Program-made: the position numbers and the translations under genes
Notes under the pieces: generated by a model
Told to the model about the DNA's origin: nothing
What the model saw: only the letters and a program-made list of their open reading frames with translations
Databases searched by the model: none
DNA from: the human T2T-CHM13v2.0 reference genome, Homo sapiens
Reading direction: 5' to 3' (one strand)
NCBI RefSeq assembly: GCF_009914755.1
Contig: NC_060929.1
DNA: 64,000 bases
In this document: in pieces, positions 1 to 16,700 of the stretch
How positions within the stretch are numbered: position 1 is the stretch's first letter
Layout: each line of letters starts with the position of its first letter

Positions 1-578
1 TAAATATTTGCAATAATTATTGATGAATCTATGTAGCTACAGAAGCAATATGATTTCTTCAGGAAAAATTGTCTTTTTAAAAGCTATAAGGATTAGGTTT
101 GAACAAGCTAACTACTTCTAAGATCAATTATAAACATTCACTCTATTGTTTCCCCTGCAGATTCTGTATTATATTATAATTTGCTTTTTGATATGGTGGA
201 GTGTATTAAAATATGCTTTTTTATCTCTGTCCAAGATCTTTCAAATTTGGCTTGTCTGCATTGTAAATTTTAGTCTCATAAGTATTGTCTTAAGAACCGC
301 CTATATTTAGGGCAATTATACTTGAAAATTGTGAACAGTGCTTCTCATATTCGATTTTCTTGATATGTTTCATCTTATTTCAAATACTATGAAAAGTGTC
401 CATCTTTCTGCCTTCCCTTTCTCTCCTCTCTTCCCCTAAAACACAGAATTTATCAGGAGACAGAGCATAAGATGATTTATATTGTGGAAAATATATTTAT
501 TGGCAAAGAAAGAAAAAGGCAGTGTCCCAGGCAAATGAAATAATAGCCATAACAATTTTTAAAGATATAGTGTTTCTT

Positions 579-890
<312 letters not shown>

Positions 891-1039
891 AAGATATAGT
901 GTTTCTTAAAATCATAGATGTGTCAGATTTTATTATACTCAACAAGAGAACAGCTTAAAAATTACTGCAAGCGTGATATATTATGGTTTAGGTTCTCTAG
1001 GCAGTATACTTTTTCTATTTTTCTGTTAGAATTCTTCCT

Positions 1040-1335
1040 GACCATATCTGTTGTCCATTTTTATGTGGTTATTTGTTTTTCTTGTCGATTTAAGTTCCTT
1101 ATAGATTCTGGTTACTAAATCTTTGTAACCAGATGCATACTTTGGATGCATACTTTGTAAATGTTTTCTCTTATTTTGTAGGTTGTTTACTTTTGCTGTG
1201 CAGAAGCGCTTTAGTTTAATTAGGTCCCACTTGTCAATTTTTTGTTGTTGTTGTTGCAATTGCTTTTGGGGACCTACATCAAAAACTCTTTGCCAGGACC
1301 AGTGTTGAGAAGGGTATTTTCTGGGTTTTCTTCCA
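1040..1335 (-). mobile_element. L1 ORF2 fragment (old L1)
   Basis: The minus-strand ORF 1026-1445 contains KIDKWDLIKLKRFCTAK and RIYKELK, matching L1 ORF2p C-terminal motifs. Confidence 0.85.
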
Positions 1336-1546
1336 GAATTAAAAAAAGAAGAAGAATTCCTCACAACTCTCTCAATTAGAGTTATTTTAAAGAAGGTTAA
1401 TGCTTGAACCACAGTAACTGTCATGCTGTCATATCTGTATATCATTGTAATTTGTGCAGAAATTATTGGTAAGAAGGAACATTATACTGCTGTTGAGGAA
1501 TGGAAGGGATGAGACTAAAGTGATGGTTTGAAAAAATAGAATTCAG

Positions 1547-2022
1547 ACTGGATTAGTTTCCTAGGGATGCTGTAACAAAGTACCACAAACTGGGTGGCCT
1601 ACATAAATGAAATTTATTGTCTTAGAGTTCTGGAGGTTAGAAACCTGAAATCAAGGTTTTGGCAAGGCTTTTTCCTTCTCAGGGCTGTGAGGGTGAATCT
1701 GCTCCGTACCTCTTTTGCAGCTTCTGGTGCTTTGAAAGCAATCTTTGACATTCCTTAGCTTGTAGATGCATCAGTCCAATCTCTGCCTTCACCTTGACAT
1801 GGTCTTCGCATAGTCTTCTCTCTGTGTATGCCTGTCTCTGTGTCCACATTTCCCTTTTTTAAGAGCACGAGTCATGTTGGTTTAGCACCTACCCAGATGA
1901 CCTCATTTTAATTTGATTATCTCTGTAAAGATCTTATTTTCAAATAAGGTCACATTCTGATGTCCTGGGAGTAAGGACTTCAATATGTCTTTTGGGGGGA
2001 TGTACAGTTGAATTCATACCAG
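1547..2022 (-). mobile_element. MLT1-type (ERVL-MaLR) solo LTR
   Basis: Typical MLT1 end (ttagtttcctaggg..ctgtaacaaagtaccacaaactgggtggc) and internal tttcaaataaggtcacattctga. Boundaries approximate. Confidence 0.8.
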
Positions 2023-3310
2023 CCTTATGATGTTACTGCATTCTTTTGCCCAAATATAGACTAAGTCTTTTGCTACACACATGCTCGAAAGAACAATAAT
2101 CTGATTTTTTTTCACTTTGATCAGCTATTCATGTCAATGTCAATTTGTTGTCACTATTGCAGAGTGGCAAACCTTTTGAATCAAATCTGTAGCAATGGAG
2201 ACTTCAACTGCATCATTTTGGATGTCTAGTTTAACACTTGTCCCAAAGTAAACTTTTTACATTGGGTTTAAAGTCAATCTCATGCTTGTAGAAAGACACA
2301 TGCTGGAATATTTTTCATCAGACTTTCTGAAACAAAGTAAGAGGCCATTATGTTTATAAATGAGTAAAAGCCTGCTAAAGGAAACTCTTAATGTCTACAG
2401 TACCAGTTCTTAAACAATGTTATTTTATTGATTTTTTTCACTCGTGATGATTTTTAAAAATATGAAGTAGAACTATAAAAGTAGGCATTCTGATTTTTCA
2501 GTTTTCTTCCATAGAAGAAAAAGTTATTATAATCATAATGCTTTTAATGTACTTAGATATGATTTTTTGTTATTAAGACTAATTATAATACTTAACTCTT
2601 TTCTTTAAATGAGGTTTATTTTATTTTTAAACAGAGACATGTGAAATCAAATGTCTGATTTTAATTAAATTCTGCACACTTAGATCTAGAAGTCAAAGAT
2701 AAACACATTTTTTCCTTTTGATTTTAGGTGAAGCAGTCAAGATGTTTTTTATTATTCTTCTGCAGTCCTAATTTTATACAATTTAATGAAAATCATAAAT
2801 CCCCTGCTGTCTGTGATAATGAATTTTCCTCTCTGGAAGAGAATATAAACATTTCTTAACTCTTGCTAAGATGTTATTTTGGAAAGATTAACATCATTTA
2901 AAATATTATTTGATTCTAGATTTATAAATGTCATTTCTTTTCTTGACTCTAATTAAAAGTTATTCCTTTTAATTTAAAAATTGACTTCTGTACTAAATAT
3001 TATAATACACTACATCCCCTTCCCACTCCCTGGAAATTAAATGTCTCAACTTCATATTAAAATTTTGAGAGGCCCCTAGGAAATTGGCCTGAATTCACTG
3101 AGATAGCTCTAAAGTTAACAAGAATAGACTGATCTTCATAGAACAATCAGGACAGCACGTGCATCAGAAAATGACCAAAACACCCCTCGTTTAACTGGCT
3201 ACACATATTAAGAATTAAAGAGAATTAAAACTGGCAGGAACCTTGAGAGAATTCATTCCCCACTCTTTGACTTTACAAATGAGGATCTGAGGCCAGGAGA
3301 AGTGAAGGTA

Positions 3311-3811
3311 TGTATTGTAAGACCTACAGTTGCATGTGTTGACTTGACATTTCTGACCCTCACAGGTTCCTAAAGGTTTGGCCATGAGTTCCCTTGCTCT
3401 TGCCAGATATGTCCCCTACCCAGCAGAAAAGTCTCCCCACCAGGCAGGTTCCCCTATCAGCCACCCCACTCAGGCCTCAACCCAAGTGGTTTTGCCTTCT
3501 TATGAGCTGGTAAAATTATTCAAAGAAGCAAATTACATCCCCCTCCCCCCATGGGAACCAGGAGGCAACTCATCCTCTAGATACTGTACACCACAGGCCC
3601 TGCTTATTCACTCTGCTCCTGAGTGTAACCACTATGTATCCCTGCATGCGTGCAGGCTCCTCTCTCCCAGGCTGTGAGTGTATGTGATTAATAAACTGCT
3701 GCCAGTCTCATCTGTCCAGTGTTGAGTATATCATGAGCTCATCCATCTTGTACTATTTGGGAACAGGGATCCTTCCTTCACCAACATGGTAGATAGAAGA
3801 CTATCAGAACA
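3311..3811 (+). mobile_element. ERVL-class solo LTR (MER54/MER73/MER74-like), probably inserted in a MIR
   Basis: TG...CA ends, near-TSD aggta/aggga, AATAAA at 3690-3695 after 'gctgtgagtgtatgtgatt'. MIR core sequence immediately upstream (3240-3308). Family assigned by eye. Confidence 0.55.
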
Positions 3812-4609
3812 AGGGATTTGATCAATTTTACTAATAAGACTAGTATCAGATTCACCATTGAATCTTGTCTTTGCCTTTCGGCTAGTACATGACAAAGATT
3901 AGGTGATAAATAAGTGATTATAACCATCTAGTTATGTCAGAAACTCTATTAGAAGAGAGGTTATGTTATATTTACTTTTGTATCCCAACTCTAGGACATA
4001 AAATAATGTTGTTTGTGGTATTTATTCATTCGTTTAACAAAGATTTATTGAGAACCTACCATGTGCCAGTCACAATATACAACAAACAGATTCTGTGTCT
4101 GTCTATGGTTTTTTAAGCTTGACATAGTTCTACTCGCCCATTTTCCCTGTGGGTGCTTGCAAGTTCACTGGCATCAGTCCTCTGCCTGGAGAAATGCTCC
4201 TGTTCCTCAGTGCTTCTAGCTTGATGAGGTCATTACTGTGCTTCCATACAAGCCAGGATCACCATTCTTTGTGAACTGGAAGGTCTGAACCAAGAAAAGA
4301 TTCTAATTTGGAGATCTGCTGCTTGGGAAGATGGGTATAGTGATCTGCCAATGACTATCCTTGCTGTCAGTGATAATGATGCTCCTACATGAGAAACATT
4401 CATCTGTTTCTAAGACCCACAGTCCTGAGCATTAGTGCACATGGGATTAGACACTGAGGGATAGCATACTTTGAGAACTTTTTATTTTGTTCAGGGCAAG
4501 GGGGAGTGGATCCATGCCAACAGGACTCCACAGAAGCACTCATTTAATCCCCTGGTAGTTCATTTCCTTAAATTCTTCTGCCATATTTCTCAATGTAACT
4601 ATCCCTCAT

Positions 4610-5485
<876 letters not shown>

Positions 5486-5902
5486 TTCTCAATGGGATGT
5501 AATTGAAAAACAAAACAAAACAAAACAAAGAATAGTGAACGTTCTTGTGTAATCTGAGAGGCCTATGTTGGTTAGTAGCAGTATCTACACAGCAATTCCC
5601 TTTTGGGTCTATATAGCCAAAGGATATCAAATCAGCACCTTATAGAGATACCTGCACTCCCATGTTCATTGCAGCATTTTTCAAAATAGCTAAGATATGG
5701 AAACAACCTAAATGTCCATCAGTGGATGATTGAATAAAAAATTTGTTGTTGGTGGTGGTGTTTGTGTGTATAATTGAATATTATTCAGCTTTTGTAAAGA
5801 AGGAGATTCTGCCATTTGTGCAACATGGATGAAACTGGAGGACACTATGTTAAGTGACATAAAGCAGACATAGGAAAATACTGCATGATTTCCTTTGTAT
5901 GT

Positions 5903-6580
<678 letters not shown>

Positions 6581-6840
6581 TATGTGGAATCTAAAAGCAA
6601 ACAGAGAAACAAAGCCCTTTAAATATACAAAAGCAGAATAGAATGATGGTTACCATAGGCCAGGGGAAGAAGGGATTGAGATATGTAGGTCAAAGGGTAC
6701 AAAGTAGCAGTTATGAGGATTAGCACATCTTGAAATCCAAAATACAGCAGGAGGGCTATGAAGGTGATAGTTAATAATATACTATTGCATAATGGACATT
6801 TTCAAAGAGTAGATTTTAGGTGCTTTTACCACACACACAC

Positions 6841-6934
6841 CAGCGATTGCTTGAGCCCGGGAGATTGAGGCTGCAGTGAGCCATAATGGTGCCATTGCCC
6901 TCCAGCCTAGGCTGACACAGGGAGATCCCTGTCT

Positions 6935-6968
<34 letters not shown>

Positions 6969-6985
6969 AAGACAGACAGAGACAG
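6841..6985 (+). mobile_element. Alu right-arm fragment (AluJ-like) with (GA)n tail
   Basis: gattgcttgagcccgggag...gaggctgcagtgagcc...ccagcctagg followed by a GA/GACA microsatellite. Confidence 0.75.
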
Positions 6986-8257
6986 GTTAAAGAAAAAGTT
7001 TCTTAAGATTAAGTACAATTGTGATCTTAATTACCTTTTACCTTTCTTCACTCCCAGTTATGTTTGTTATTATTATTTCTTTGTTATTATTGTTTGTTGT
7101 TACTTAACACATATACATACACAGAGTATCTTGTGAGATGATGGATATGTTAAGTTGCTTACTTGTAATCATTTCTCTATGTACATGTATATAAAAAGTC
7201 ATGTTGTACACCTTAACTTTATGTAATGAAACATAAAAAAAAAAAATAAAAGAGTGGGAGTAAGACCAAAGCAAAATAAACGTGAAAGAAAGAATTCTAA
7301 ATATATATTAGATCCTAACATGTAAGTAAAGGGCTACTTCAGTATTGAATCTACTTATTGGTGTTTTGTGTTTCTGTGGATATGGTTTTACTGTTATTAC
7401 ATACATTTAGAAATGTTATTCAATTACTAGTGGAGTATTCTGCTTCTTGCACACTGTTCTTCCCTATAAAAACATGGTCTCAAAATAAAATAATTTACTC
7501 ATAGAATAAAACACAGTTGGATAACTATTCCGTAGTGCTCTTTCTCTACCTATAATGATGCACAACATTTGCTGTTTGCTTATTTTTTTAATGATGCATA
7601 AAGGATGACTCTCCTTTTCGTCTCTACAATTTCACATCAGTAAAATGTTTATTCCATGCTCATTTTGCCCCCTAGTGGCTTTTTATGGCCTTGTCCCATA
7701 TTTAAAAATAATTTTCAAATCTTGTGGAATATAAGAAGGAAAAGTACCATTCTGTTCCTCTGCCACATGCACATTGCTTTATACATGAGGAAACTAAGCC
7801 CCAGAAAACTCGCGGGACTAGTCTGGTGTCACACATCCAGCTAGAACTAGAAATTGTATATTGCTGCCTTCTCCTACCCTACTAGAAATAAGCCTCAGGA
7901 AGACAGGGCATTTTTGTTCATTGATGAACAAGAATAGTGCCTAGCAAATGGTAGGTGCTTAGTAAATATTTGCTATATGTTATAAATAAAAGTATAAATG
8001 AATCAAGGCTAGAACTTATATTTATAGGTTTCATGCTTTACATAATACTATGTAGTATGTTTTATCTTTACCATAAATCTTGTACATAGTGCTTGATACT
8101 TGATTCTACTTTACTTCGTGACAATTTCAACTCCTTGAACTACCTCACCCTTTACTTGTTTTGTCATTAGGTTTGTTACATTATCATTCATTTATTCATT
8201 CAATATTAGTACCAGCTTAATCAGGTACTGTGATGCCTACAGAACTATAAAGACGTA

Positions 8258-9033
8258 CTTTTTAAAATTCAATTTTTATTTATTATTAACTTGGTAAAAT
8301 ACCATGTAACATAAAATTTGCTGTCTTAACTATTTTTAAGTATACAGTTCAGTGTTGTTAAGTGTATTCACATTGTTGTGAAACTAATCTCTATAACTTT
8401 TTAAACTTGCAAAGTGAAATTCTATCTCCATTAAACTTCCCACCCCAGCTCTGGCAAACACCATTCTACTTCTATTTCTATGCATTTGACTACTGTATAT
8501 AGTATTATTCTTTTTATGACTGGCTTATTTCACTTAGCATAATGTCCTCAAGGTTCGTCCATGTTAAAGTCTATGGCACATTTTGTTTATCTGTTTATCA
8601 CTGATGGACACTTGGGTTGCTTCCATCTTTTAGCTCTTAGGAATAATGCTCCTATGAATGTGGGTGTACAAATATCCACTTGAGACCCTGATTTCAATTC
8701 TTTTGGATATATACTTAGAAGTAGAATTGCCTGATCATATGGTAATTCTATTTCTAATTTTTGAGAAACTGCCATACTGTTTTCTATAGTGGCAACACCA
8801 TTTTACATTCCCACCAACAGTGCACAAAGGTTCTAATTGCTCCATACGATAGCCAACACTTGTTATTATTTTCTTTCTTCCTTCTTGTAGTGCCATGCTG
8901 GTGAGTGTGAGGTGATATCTTATTATGGTTTTTATTTGCATTTCCCTGATGATTAGTGATGTTGAGCATCTTTTCATACACTTGTTGGACATTTGTATAA
9001 ATTCTTTGGAGTAATGTCTATTCAAGCCCTTTG
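8258..9033 (-). mobile_element. L1M 3' fragment
   Basis: Minus-strand ORFs translate to L1 ORF2 C-terminal motifs ([35 protein letters not shown]). Confidence 0.88.
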
Positions 9034-9174
9034 CTACAAAGAGGTGCATTTAATTAATCAGTTACTTCCTCTGTCTACAGAAAAATTTTAGTTAGCAACA
9101 TGGTAAGAGCCATTTCCCTTGTTCTTTTTGATAAACTACATCACCATTATTTCAGATCTCAGTAATAAATATAA

Positions 9175-9430
9175 AATAATAACCAAAACTTGCTCTTATT
9201 ATGTGTCAGGCACTGTTCTAAATATCTTACATATATTAACTAATTTACTCCTCAAAACTTCCTTATAAATGGATACTGTTAACTATCTTCATTTTGCAGA
9301 GGAAGACAGAGGCAGAGAGAGGTAAGTGACTTGTCCAAAGTCAAATGGCTGCTGAGCAGTAGAGTGAGGATGGGTACCTAGGAAGTTGATTTAGAGTCTA
9401 TGCACTTAACCACAACATTATTTTGCCTCT
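9175..9430 (-). mobile_element. MIR
   Basis: tatgtgtcaggcactgttctaa...cattttgcagaggaagacagaggcagagagagg taagtgacttgtccaaagtca core. Confidence 0.75.
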
Positions 9431-9989
9431 CTGACACCTACTCAGTCTTTTAAAATATCACCTACATCTTTGTTATTGGACACCTCTTCTGTATAAGTTT
9501 GTATTTCAGACAACAGAAAATTAAATGCAAATTGATAGCATTGTAGGAAGATACTCATTGCCTCAGTGGATGCCAAGTCTAGGGTACAGCTAGCTTCAGA
9601 TTTGTTTGAATTCAGTGGCTCAAACAATATCATATATCTTAATGGTCCCAGAAAATGTTCCCAAATCACATCTTTTTTGGCTCTGGTTGAGCTTCATGTC
9701 CATTGCTGTAATAAAAATGGTGGCAGGGAGTATAAAATGCTGTGACCAGTCTACCCAAGTAAGTCATGCACCTGTACCTGGAGCAAGGGTGACAGCAATA
9801 CAGCCTGAAGCACAGAAACCTGGAGTAGGGGAGGGATAATTCTCATGCAGTATTACTAGACACCCATTTACATTTTATTGTTTTCTTGGGAGATAGGGAG
9901 CTTTTTTGCATTAGGAATAAATACATGAGTGAAATTACTAAGATTAAAAAAAAACCCCTTTCTTGTCATGAATGATTTGAGTAATAAAA

Positions 9990-10230
9990 AGATAATAACA
10001 ATAGGTAACATCAATTTAGTACTTACTATATAATAAATGCTGTCCTAAGTATTTTACATGTATTGGCTCAATTAATCCTCACAAGAACTCTCTAAGTCAA
10101 GTGCTATTATCATCCTGTTTTACTGGTAAGATACCTGAGGTGCAAAAGTTTCTGGGTGTACCTGGAAGGGAATATGATAACTTGCCCTAGGTGACCCAGT
10201 TGATGAAGTCAAGATTTGAACTCCAAGTGA
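9990..10230 (-). mobile_element. MIR
   Basis: attaatcctcacaagaactct...attatcatcctgttttac...aacttgccctaggtgac core. Confidence 0.7.
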
Positions 10231-11614
10231 GCTTCAGAATCTCTTCTGTATTCTAACATTTGAACACCAGGCTGTCTTCAGAGCCTCTTCTATAATCTAT
10301 CATTCATATCATAAGGTAGCTTACTTGTCACATATGGAAACTGTGGCCCACAAAAGAAACAGAATAATTCATCAGTTATGCTTGATGTTTGCTACCAGGA
10401 AAGACAGCAGAGACTCTCATATGGCCAACCCAGAAAACAATTAGAGTTTACACTAGCATCTAAAGTCTACAGTTATGTAAGAAAGAAATATGTAAATATG
10501 AAGTATATTCTACGAAGTTTGTGCTAGATCTCATTTTTTTTAAAAAAAAAAAGAAAAAAAAAAAAAACTAATGGCTTATTGTCCCTGTTCAGAGCCTAAG
10601 GGAATTGGTTTAAAGTTTAAATAAAAAATTGTACATGCTGCCAGTCAGAACTATTCATCATCATAAGCATTGCATTTATTTTATTTATATGTGCTTTAAC
10701 AATATTCTAGATTTGTAGTTTTAAAAAATAGCTGAAAAGTCTGTCTCAAAGCTCTCTCACCTCTTAAAAGAAAGCAGAAGGACTTTAAAAAACCAGTTTG
10801 TTTAAACAAGGCCAAACTGTTTTCCAGGTATCCACATTTTCTCCTCAACACATGCCCAATCCAAAGACAGAGCATCAAGGGCAATATACTCTATGTATGT
10901 TAAAGTTTTAATATTACCAAACTGATCAAGGTAAAGGATTATTAACTTTTTTAACCACTAGAAATGTAACATTAGCTGTGTAGCTTTTCTGGCCTCAGTT
11001 TTCTCAGCTGAATAATGAAGACAAAAAGAAACTGGAATAGGGATGTATTGATCCATCTATTCATTCAGTAACTCTTTATTCAACACCTATTATGTGTCAG
11101 GTTCTGTGCCAGGTGCTGGGGATGGGATATAATAATGAACAAAAATAATAATGATCCCTTCCCTCTCAGCGCTTACAGTGTCACTGGGGGAGAGAAACAT
11201 GATTCAAATAATCACTCCTCAAATAGTCAAAGAACTCCTTAGGGCTTTTCAGTTCCTAAATTCCATATATACATAAACATAAAAAATAGTTCATAGAACA
11301 CAAATCTTCTTACATGTTTATTTGAAAGATCTGACAAATCTCATTTATTTCTTAGACTCATTTTTTTTTCCAGATTATTAGCTACAGATATTGCAAACCA
11401 CTTATAACAATTTTCTGCCTGCCAATGACATAATGCATTGTACTGGCTCATTATTGTAATAGTTGTTACTATGCATATTGAATGCAAATTTCAGGTAATA
11501 TTTTAGTCTTCATTTTCTATTCATTCCTAGCACTGCCTTTCTATTTCTAACAGGGAGGGATTAAAAAATAACAGAGTCAATAAATTTTAGAGTTTCAAAG
11601 GTAAGAGCTGATTT

Positions 11615-11650
<36 letters not shown>

Positions 11651-11658
11651 TACACACA
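11615..11658. repeat. (CA)n microsatellite, interrupted
   Basis: Direct reading. Confidence 0.9.
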
Positions 11659-13416
11659 GGGGGCAAGAGAGAAAAAATGTTGTTTATTCTTCTAGCTATA
11701 ACAAAATATCACTTGGGTTCCCCCTTTTCCTCAGATTTTAATTCTATTGATGAAGCATATACAGAGGAAAATATGAAAATGAGTTGTTTTCACTGAATCA
11801 TTAATGACTTGAGGCTGGCAGTAGGTAGACTTCTTAATTGCTTAATTGTTTATTAAATTTATTCTTTAGCAGTTGATCTCTGGATTTCTTTGTGTACCCC
11901 AGAGTCTTGCTGTTAATCAAATATTCTGTAAAATTTTTGCTTTTGCCTGGAAAAATGATTCTACAAGTTCCAGATGTCTTAGGTTGTGTTAAATGTTTGA
12001 GGAAAGAAGGCTATTTATTGGAAACCAGCCAGGATCTTTGTTTAGATTATTTTTGCCAGCAGCTCTTCTACTTCAGGCTGTGATTTCATCAAAAAATATT
12101 TGCACAAGCCATTGCTTCAGTAACCACGTCTCCAGCCCCACCGGAAGTGGATGTGGTTAATCTAGTAGACAGCACTCTTCTGTCTGAGCCTAGCTTAGAC
12201 ATAGTAGACTGAAAAATTATGTATCTGGAGTTGTTTTTCACCAGGGTTGGCAAGAGGCTCTGATAATCTGCCATCATTATAGGTTTCTTGCTTCTTATCA
12301 CAACAGCAAGGCTTCTTTGATGGGGTTGAGTCTAGGCAAATGTTTTGGTTGGTAATTAATTGTCCATATCTTACATTTCATCTGGATTTTTCTGTTAATG
12401 TGATCCTTCTATGTGTATTGTCCTTTGGTACTTACAAAAAGCTAATAGATATTAGCTTTGTACCTCTTCCAGATTTACTGTTATTTAGCAGTAGGGAATC
12501 ATTAAGGCCGCATTCTCATCCTAGATCTGTTTTCTTATGTCTGTCAAGAGAAAGTACATGAGAAAATAGTCAAAGTTAGTTTTAAGAATGCATTTCCTGA
12601 TGGAGTTTAGAATGATACATCTGGTGGTAAGCTTTCTCATCCTAACTCTTTTCTTTAACCCACAAAGGGTGCTTAACCAAAAGTGGCTAGGCTGATGGTT
12701 AGTAGGTAGGACATTTCAACCTCTGGCAAATTTGTCATTGAGCAGCATCAGTAAAAAGGTGGAAGATTCTCCACTATCCTCAAAACTTTTTCAATGACTA
12801 TAAATCAAATGTAATAAAGAGGCATCTAACCAAAATAAAATTTAAGCTGTTGTGCCTAAGGTGATCCAAATATACATGAAGAGAAATGTATCAACAGATA
12901 AATAACTTGAGTTATGAAATAGGGGTTTGGAGTGGAAAAGAGTCAGGTGAGAGGTCAGCTTGAAAACACCAAATGGGGCATTGTAATATTCCTAATCAAA
13001 TACTCACCTCCCTTCCCCTGCCACAAAAAGTTGAGAATCAATACTGAGTGAACAGCTTCTTTGAAAAGTGAATCTTTCTACAAAGAAGTTCCAAAAGAGA
13101 GAGAAAAGATCAACTATACACAACATAATCAAAAGCAAGCCCTGTTGTCATGGTAAGGCCTTATATTCATGTGTAGGGTGTCTAAGTAGCACCAGTAATT
13201 TGCAAACACATTGATAAAGGCAATAAATAACAATGATATCAAAGGATGCACTTAGACATTTTGGACCCTCTAAGATATGCCAGGCTCTTTATACTTAAAT
13301 CTACTGGAGTAGCAGTTCTGAAAGTATTTAACGCACAGCTCTTAACCTACTTGGAGAACATGTACTGTTTTGAAATTTGGATGAACTCTTGGGATCTCTA
13401 GAAAATGCAGAGCAGG

Positions 13417-13712
13417 TCACGCCTGTAATCCCAGGACTTTGGGAGGCCGAGGCGGGCGGATCACGAGGTCAGGAGATTGAGACCATCCTGGCTAACATGG
13501 TGAAACCCCGACTCTACTAAAAATACAGTAACAAAATTAGCCGGGTGTGGTGGCGGGCGCCTGTAGTCCCAGCTGCTCGGGAGGCTGAGGCAGGAGAATG
13601 GCGTGAACCTGGGAGGCGGAGCTTGCAGTGAGCCTAGATTGCGCCACTGCACTTCAGCCGGGGTGACAGAGTGAGACTCCATCTCAAAAAAAAAAAAAAA
13701 GAAAAAAGAAAA
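13417..13712 (+). mobile_element. AluY, slightly 5'-truncated, with ~17-bp TSD
   Basis: Starts at TCACGCCTGTAATCCC; Y diagnostics GAGAATGGCGTGAACC and GGAGCTTGCAG. TSD agaaaatg(c/t)agagcagg at ~13400-13416 and 13713-13729. Confidence 0.92.
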
Positions 13713-16700
13713 AGAAAATGTAGAGCAGGTACATAGAGTTTTGCATACAATTTCAGGGAATTCATGAATTTTGTGAATCCCGTTTGCAGACCTAGGTTAA
13801 GAATGGAGGCTTAAAGCAAATCGTGCTAGGTAATAAGGACCTTCACGGAATATAATTTTCCTTTCTGAGTAACTGTTGTCAGCCACCTTGTATCACAATA
13901 CACATGCCCTTTAGTTTTTTCAGGTGGTTTGCCAGCATTTTTCCTCTTTTCCCTTATATTGGTCATCTCATTTTAATTCACATGGTTGCCATATTCCTTA
14001 GCCTTTTATGAAGGTAGTTAAGGTAGACTGCTATATTGTTATTTCCCTTCCTTCTCCACAGTGGCTTTAAAGAGTTTATGTGGCCTCTGTGTCAGAACTA
14101 CTTATTGCATTCAGGATGAGGCTGACAACCCACAACCTGTGAAGACAGACTGGGGAAATCCACCGGAAAAGGTTTTGGAGGGAACTGCAGATTCGTTGTG
14201 AGTAACCAGACCCAGCGAGAGCAATGAATTACATAAGCACAAATGAATATGTCTGCATTTTGATAACCCTTCACCCCACCCGCAGCCAGGCACTTAGTCA
14301 CTCTTTCCTCTGTGTCTCCTTAACGCTATTATACCTCTATTATAGCTCCTATCACTGCACTGGATTTATTTGTTTACGAGTCTGTCTCTCTTACTAGACT
14401 ATGAGCAATTCCAAGGCAGAGTCCATGACTTATTTATCTCTGTACCTCAACCCAGTGTCTGGGTTAAGAGTGCAGGCTTTGGAGTCAGAGTGTCTGCACT
14501 CAAATCCACGTTCTGTACATTTGCGTAAGATCACTTGGGCTAGCTACTTGACTTATCTGAACCTTGGCTTCTCTCTCCTTCCGTTCTCTCTCTTTCTTAC
14601 GATGCCTCACTTTCCTTTGTGCCTATAAGTGTCACACTAACAAAGCTTATTGTGAAGAATAAATGAAATAATGCTCAGCATAGTGACAGTCATGTAGTAG
14701 TGATTCAGTAATTGGTATCTATTATTATATCTATTAATATTACGATTGATTGTTGAATGAAAATTCCTTTCTTTACTATAGTTCACCTGACTGGAAAAAG
14801 CCTTTTTTAGCTTAAACTACTAAAGAACACACTTTTCCCCTACCTCTTTCCTTGTCCCCTCTGTCCCTTTGCTATTAATACCCCTCCCCAGTAACATAGT
14901 AATTAATATTCTATTTTATTTTTCTCCACTATATTTATTATCATCTGACATTCTATATGCTTATTCATTTATTGTCTAGAATGTGAGCTCTATGAAGGCA
15001 GGAGCTTCAGCTCTTTTGTGTTCATTGTGGAATCCCCATTGCCTATGGCAATGCCTAGCATGTGGAACATACTAAACAAACATTTACTGAATGAATGAGT
15101 GAATGGGCACTCACAGACACACACACACCACAACACACATAAAACATTCTCATTCTCTGCTGAAGGTGAGCCTCACTGATTGTCGTTAATGTGCGACATT
15201 CAATGTACACCATTCTTCACTTTGCCAAATGGGTAATAGAGCAGCTTTTATCTTTATTTCCCTTTCTTTCATGGCTGGGGGATAGAGGGAAAATATTTTT
15301 TAATACTGTTGTAAAAACGGAAATTCTTATTGCTTTAATGTCAAAGCCACACCTGTCAGTGGGGACATTGAATGGGAATCATTGGTGGAAGTCCTCCCTG
15401 ATAAGTGAGCAAAGGGATGCTGGGGAGAGGGTAGATGAGTTCTGAGTTACTCTGTAGAAGTGGTGGTCGTTGAGAAACTTGTTTCTGTCATTTCTGCTCA
15501 AAAACTCACAATGACTACTTAGTGTTTACAGAATTAAGTTCAAACTCCTCCACTGTTCTTTCACTGGTGCCTTTTGCTCCAGCCAAACTGGATAATTGAC
15601 TGTTCTTTTCCCAACTGCTGCTCCCCTCCATATACCCCCTGACACACTTACACACATATTTTTCAACCACTTTTCCCTTCTACATAGAACCTTTAGCTTC
15701 TGTTTTCTAGGTTCCACCTGTCCTTCAAAGTGCAATAGCAACTCTGTCTAGTCATGATATTTCCTCTCATTCCTCTCATCCTCCCTCCCTAAGCCCTGAA
15801 GACAGCTGGCTGAGTTATCCTTCCTCAGATTTCTTTAAGAAATCTCACCTCCTCTTTGGGGGTGTTTACCAGCTTTTGCCTCCACTTATCTCTCTCTAGA
15901 CTTGTCTGCTAAATTATCTCAACAGCCGAGACAGTTCCCTGTTTTTCTATGCATCTCAGGCTAACAGTGAGTGTTTGCGGCAGTGCTTCTGCATGGAGCT
16001 GCGTATTTCCATTTTTTTTTTTTCAGCAGTACAAATAAACTTTAGGCCTTTTCTGATAACATGTTAAATATAAAGTATTTTTCTTATATGGTCAATACAA
16101 GTGAATTTCTTTCACCATTCATGCTGTAAAAGGCAGAATAATTAATAATGAAGGTAAATGTAGAGACAGGCTTGCATTTCTTGAGGCTACAGTGAGAAGG
16201 GATCAGTTTCTTATAGGGCTTGGCAGGGTATGTCAAGTTGGTGGACCAAAGGGGGCATCTCATTGCTGACTTTGGGAGCTTAAGACTTCACAAGTGGAAA
16301 GAAATTAGTAATTGAAATTGGGACTCAGTTGAGGATGCTGGGTAAGTGAACAGTGTTACTCAGGGTGACTTTCAGTTTCTCTTCTTCAAGGTTTCAGGTT
16401 GATGCAAGAGACTGTGATAACACTGCCCCCTTCTGTTACTCTAGATTGTTAATCCTGATGACGTCTCAAGTCGGCTTTGATGATCTTGACATGAATTTTT
16501 GATTTCTAAGAAATGCTTACTTAAGGCAGAAGAGAAAGGAAATCATATGTTCAATGTGATACACGATTTCATTCTATCAAGTTCTGCCTTTTTATAGTTT
16601 GCTTAATCATTACATTTTGTCATGAGGTTTCACTTAATTGCATTATAATGGGAGATTTTAGACCAGGGAACGAATAAAGCGAAGGATTGTAACAAAATCA

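Noticed and set aside
10533-10568. T9 followed by an orphan A-run
   Set aside because: No TSD or attached retroposed sequence is visible; treated as a simple repeat.
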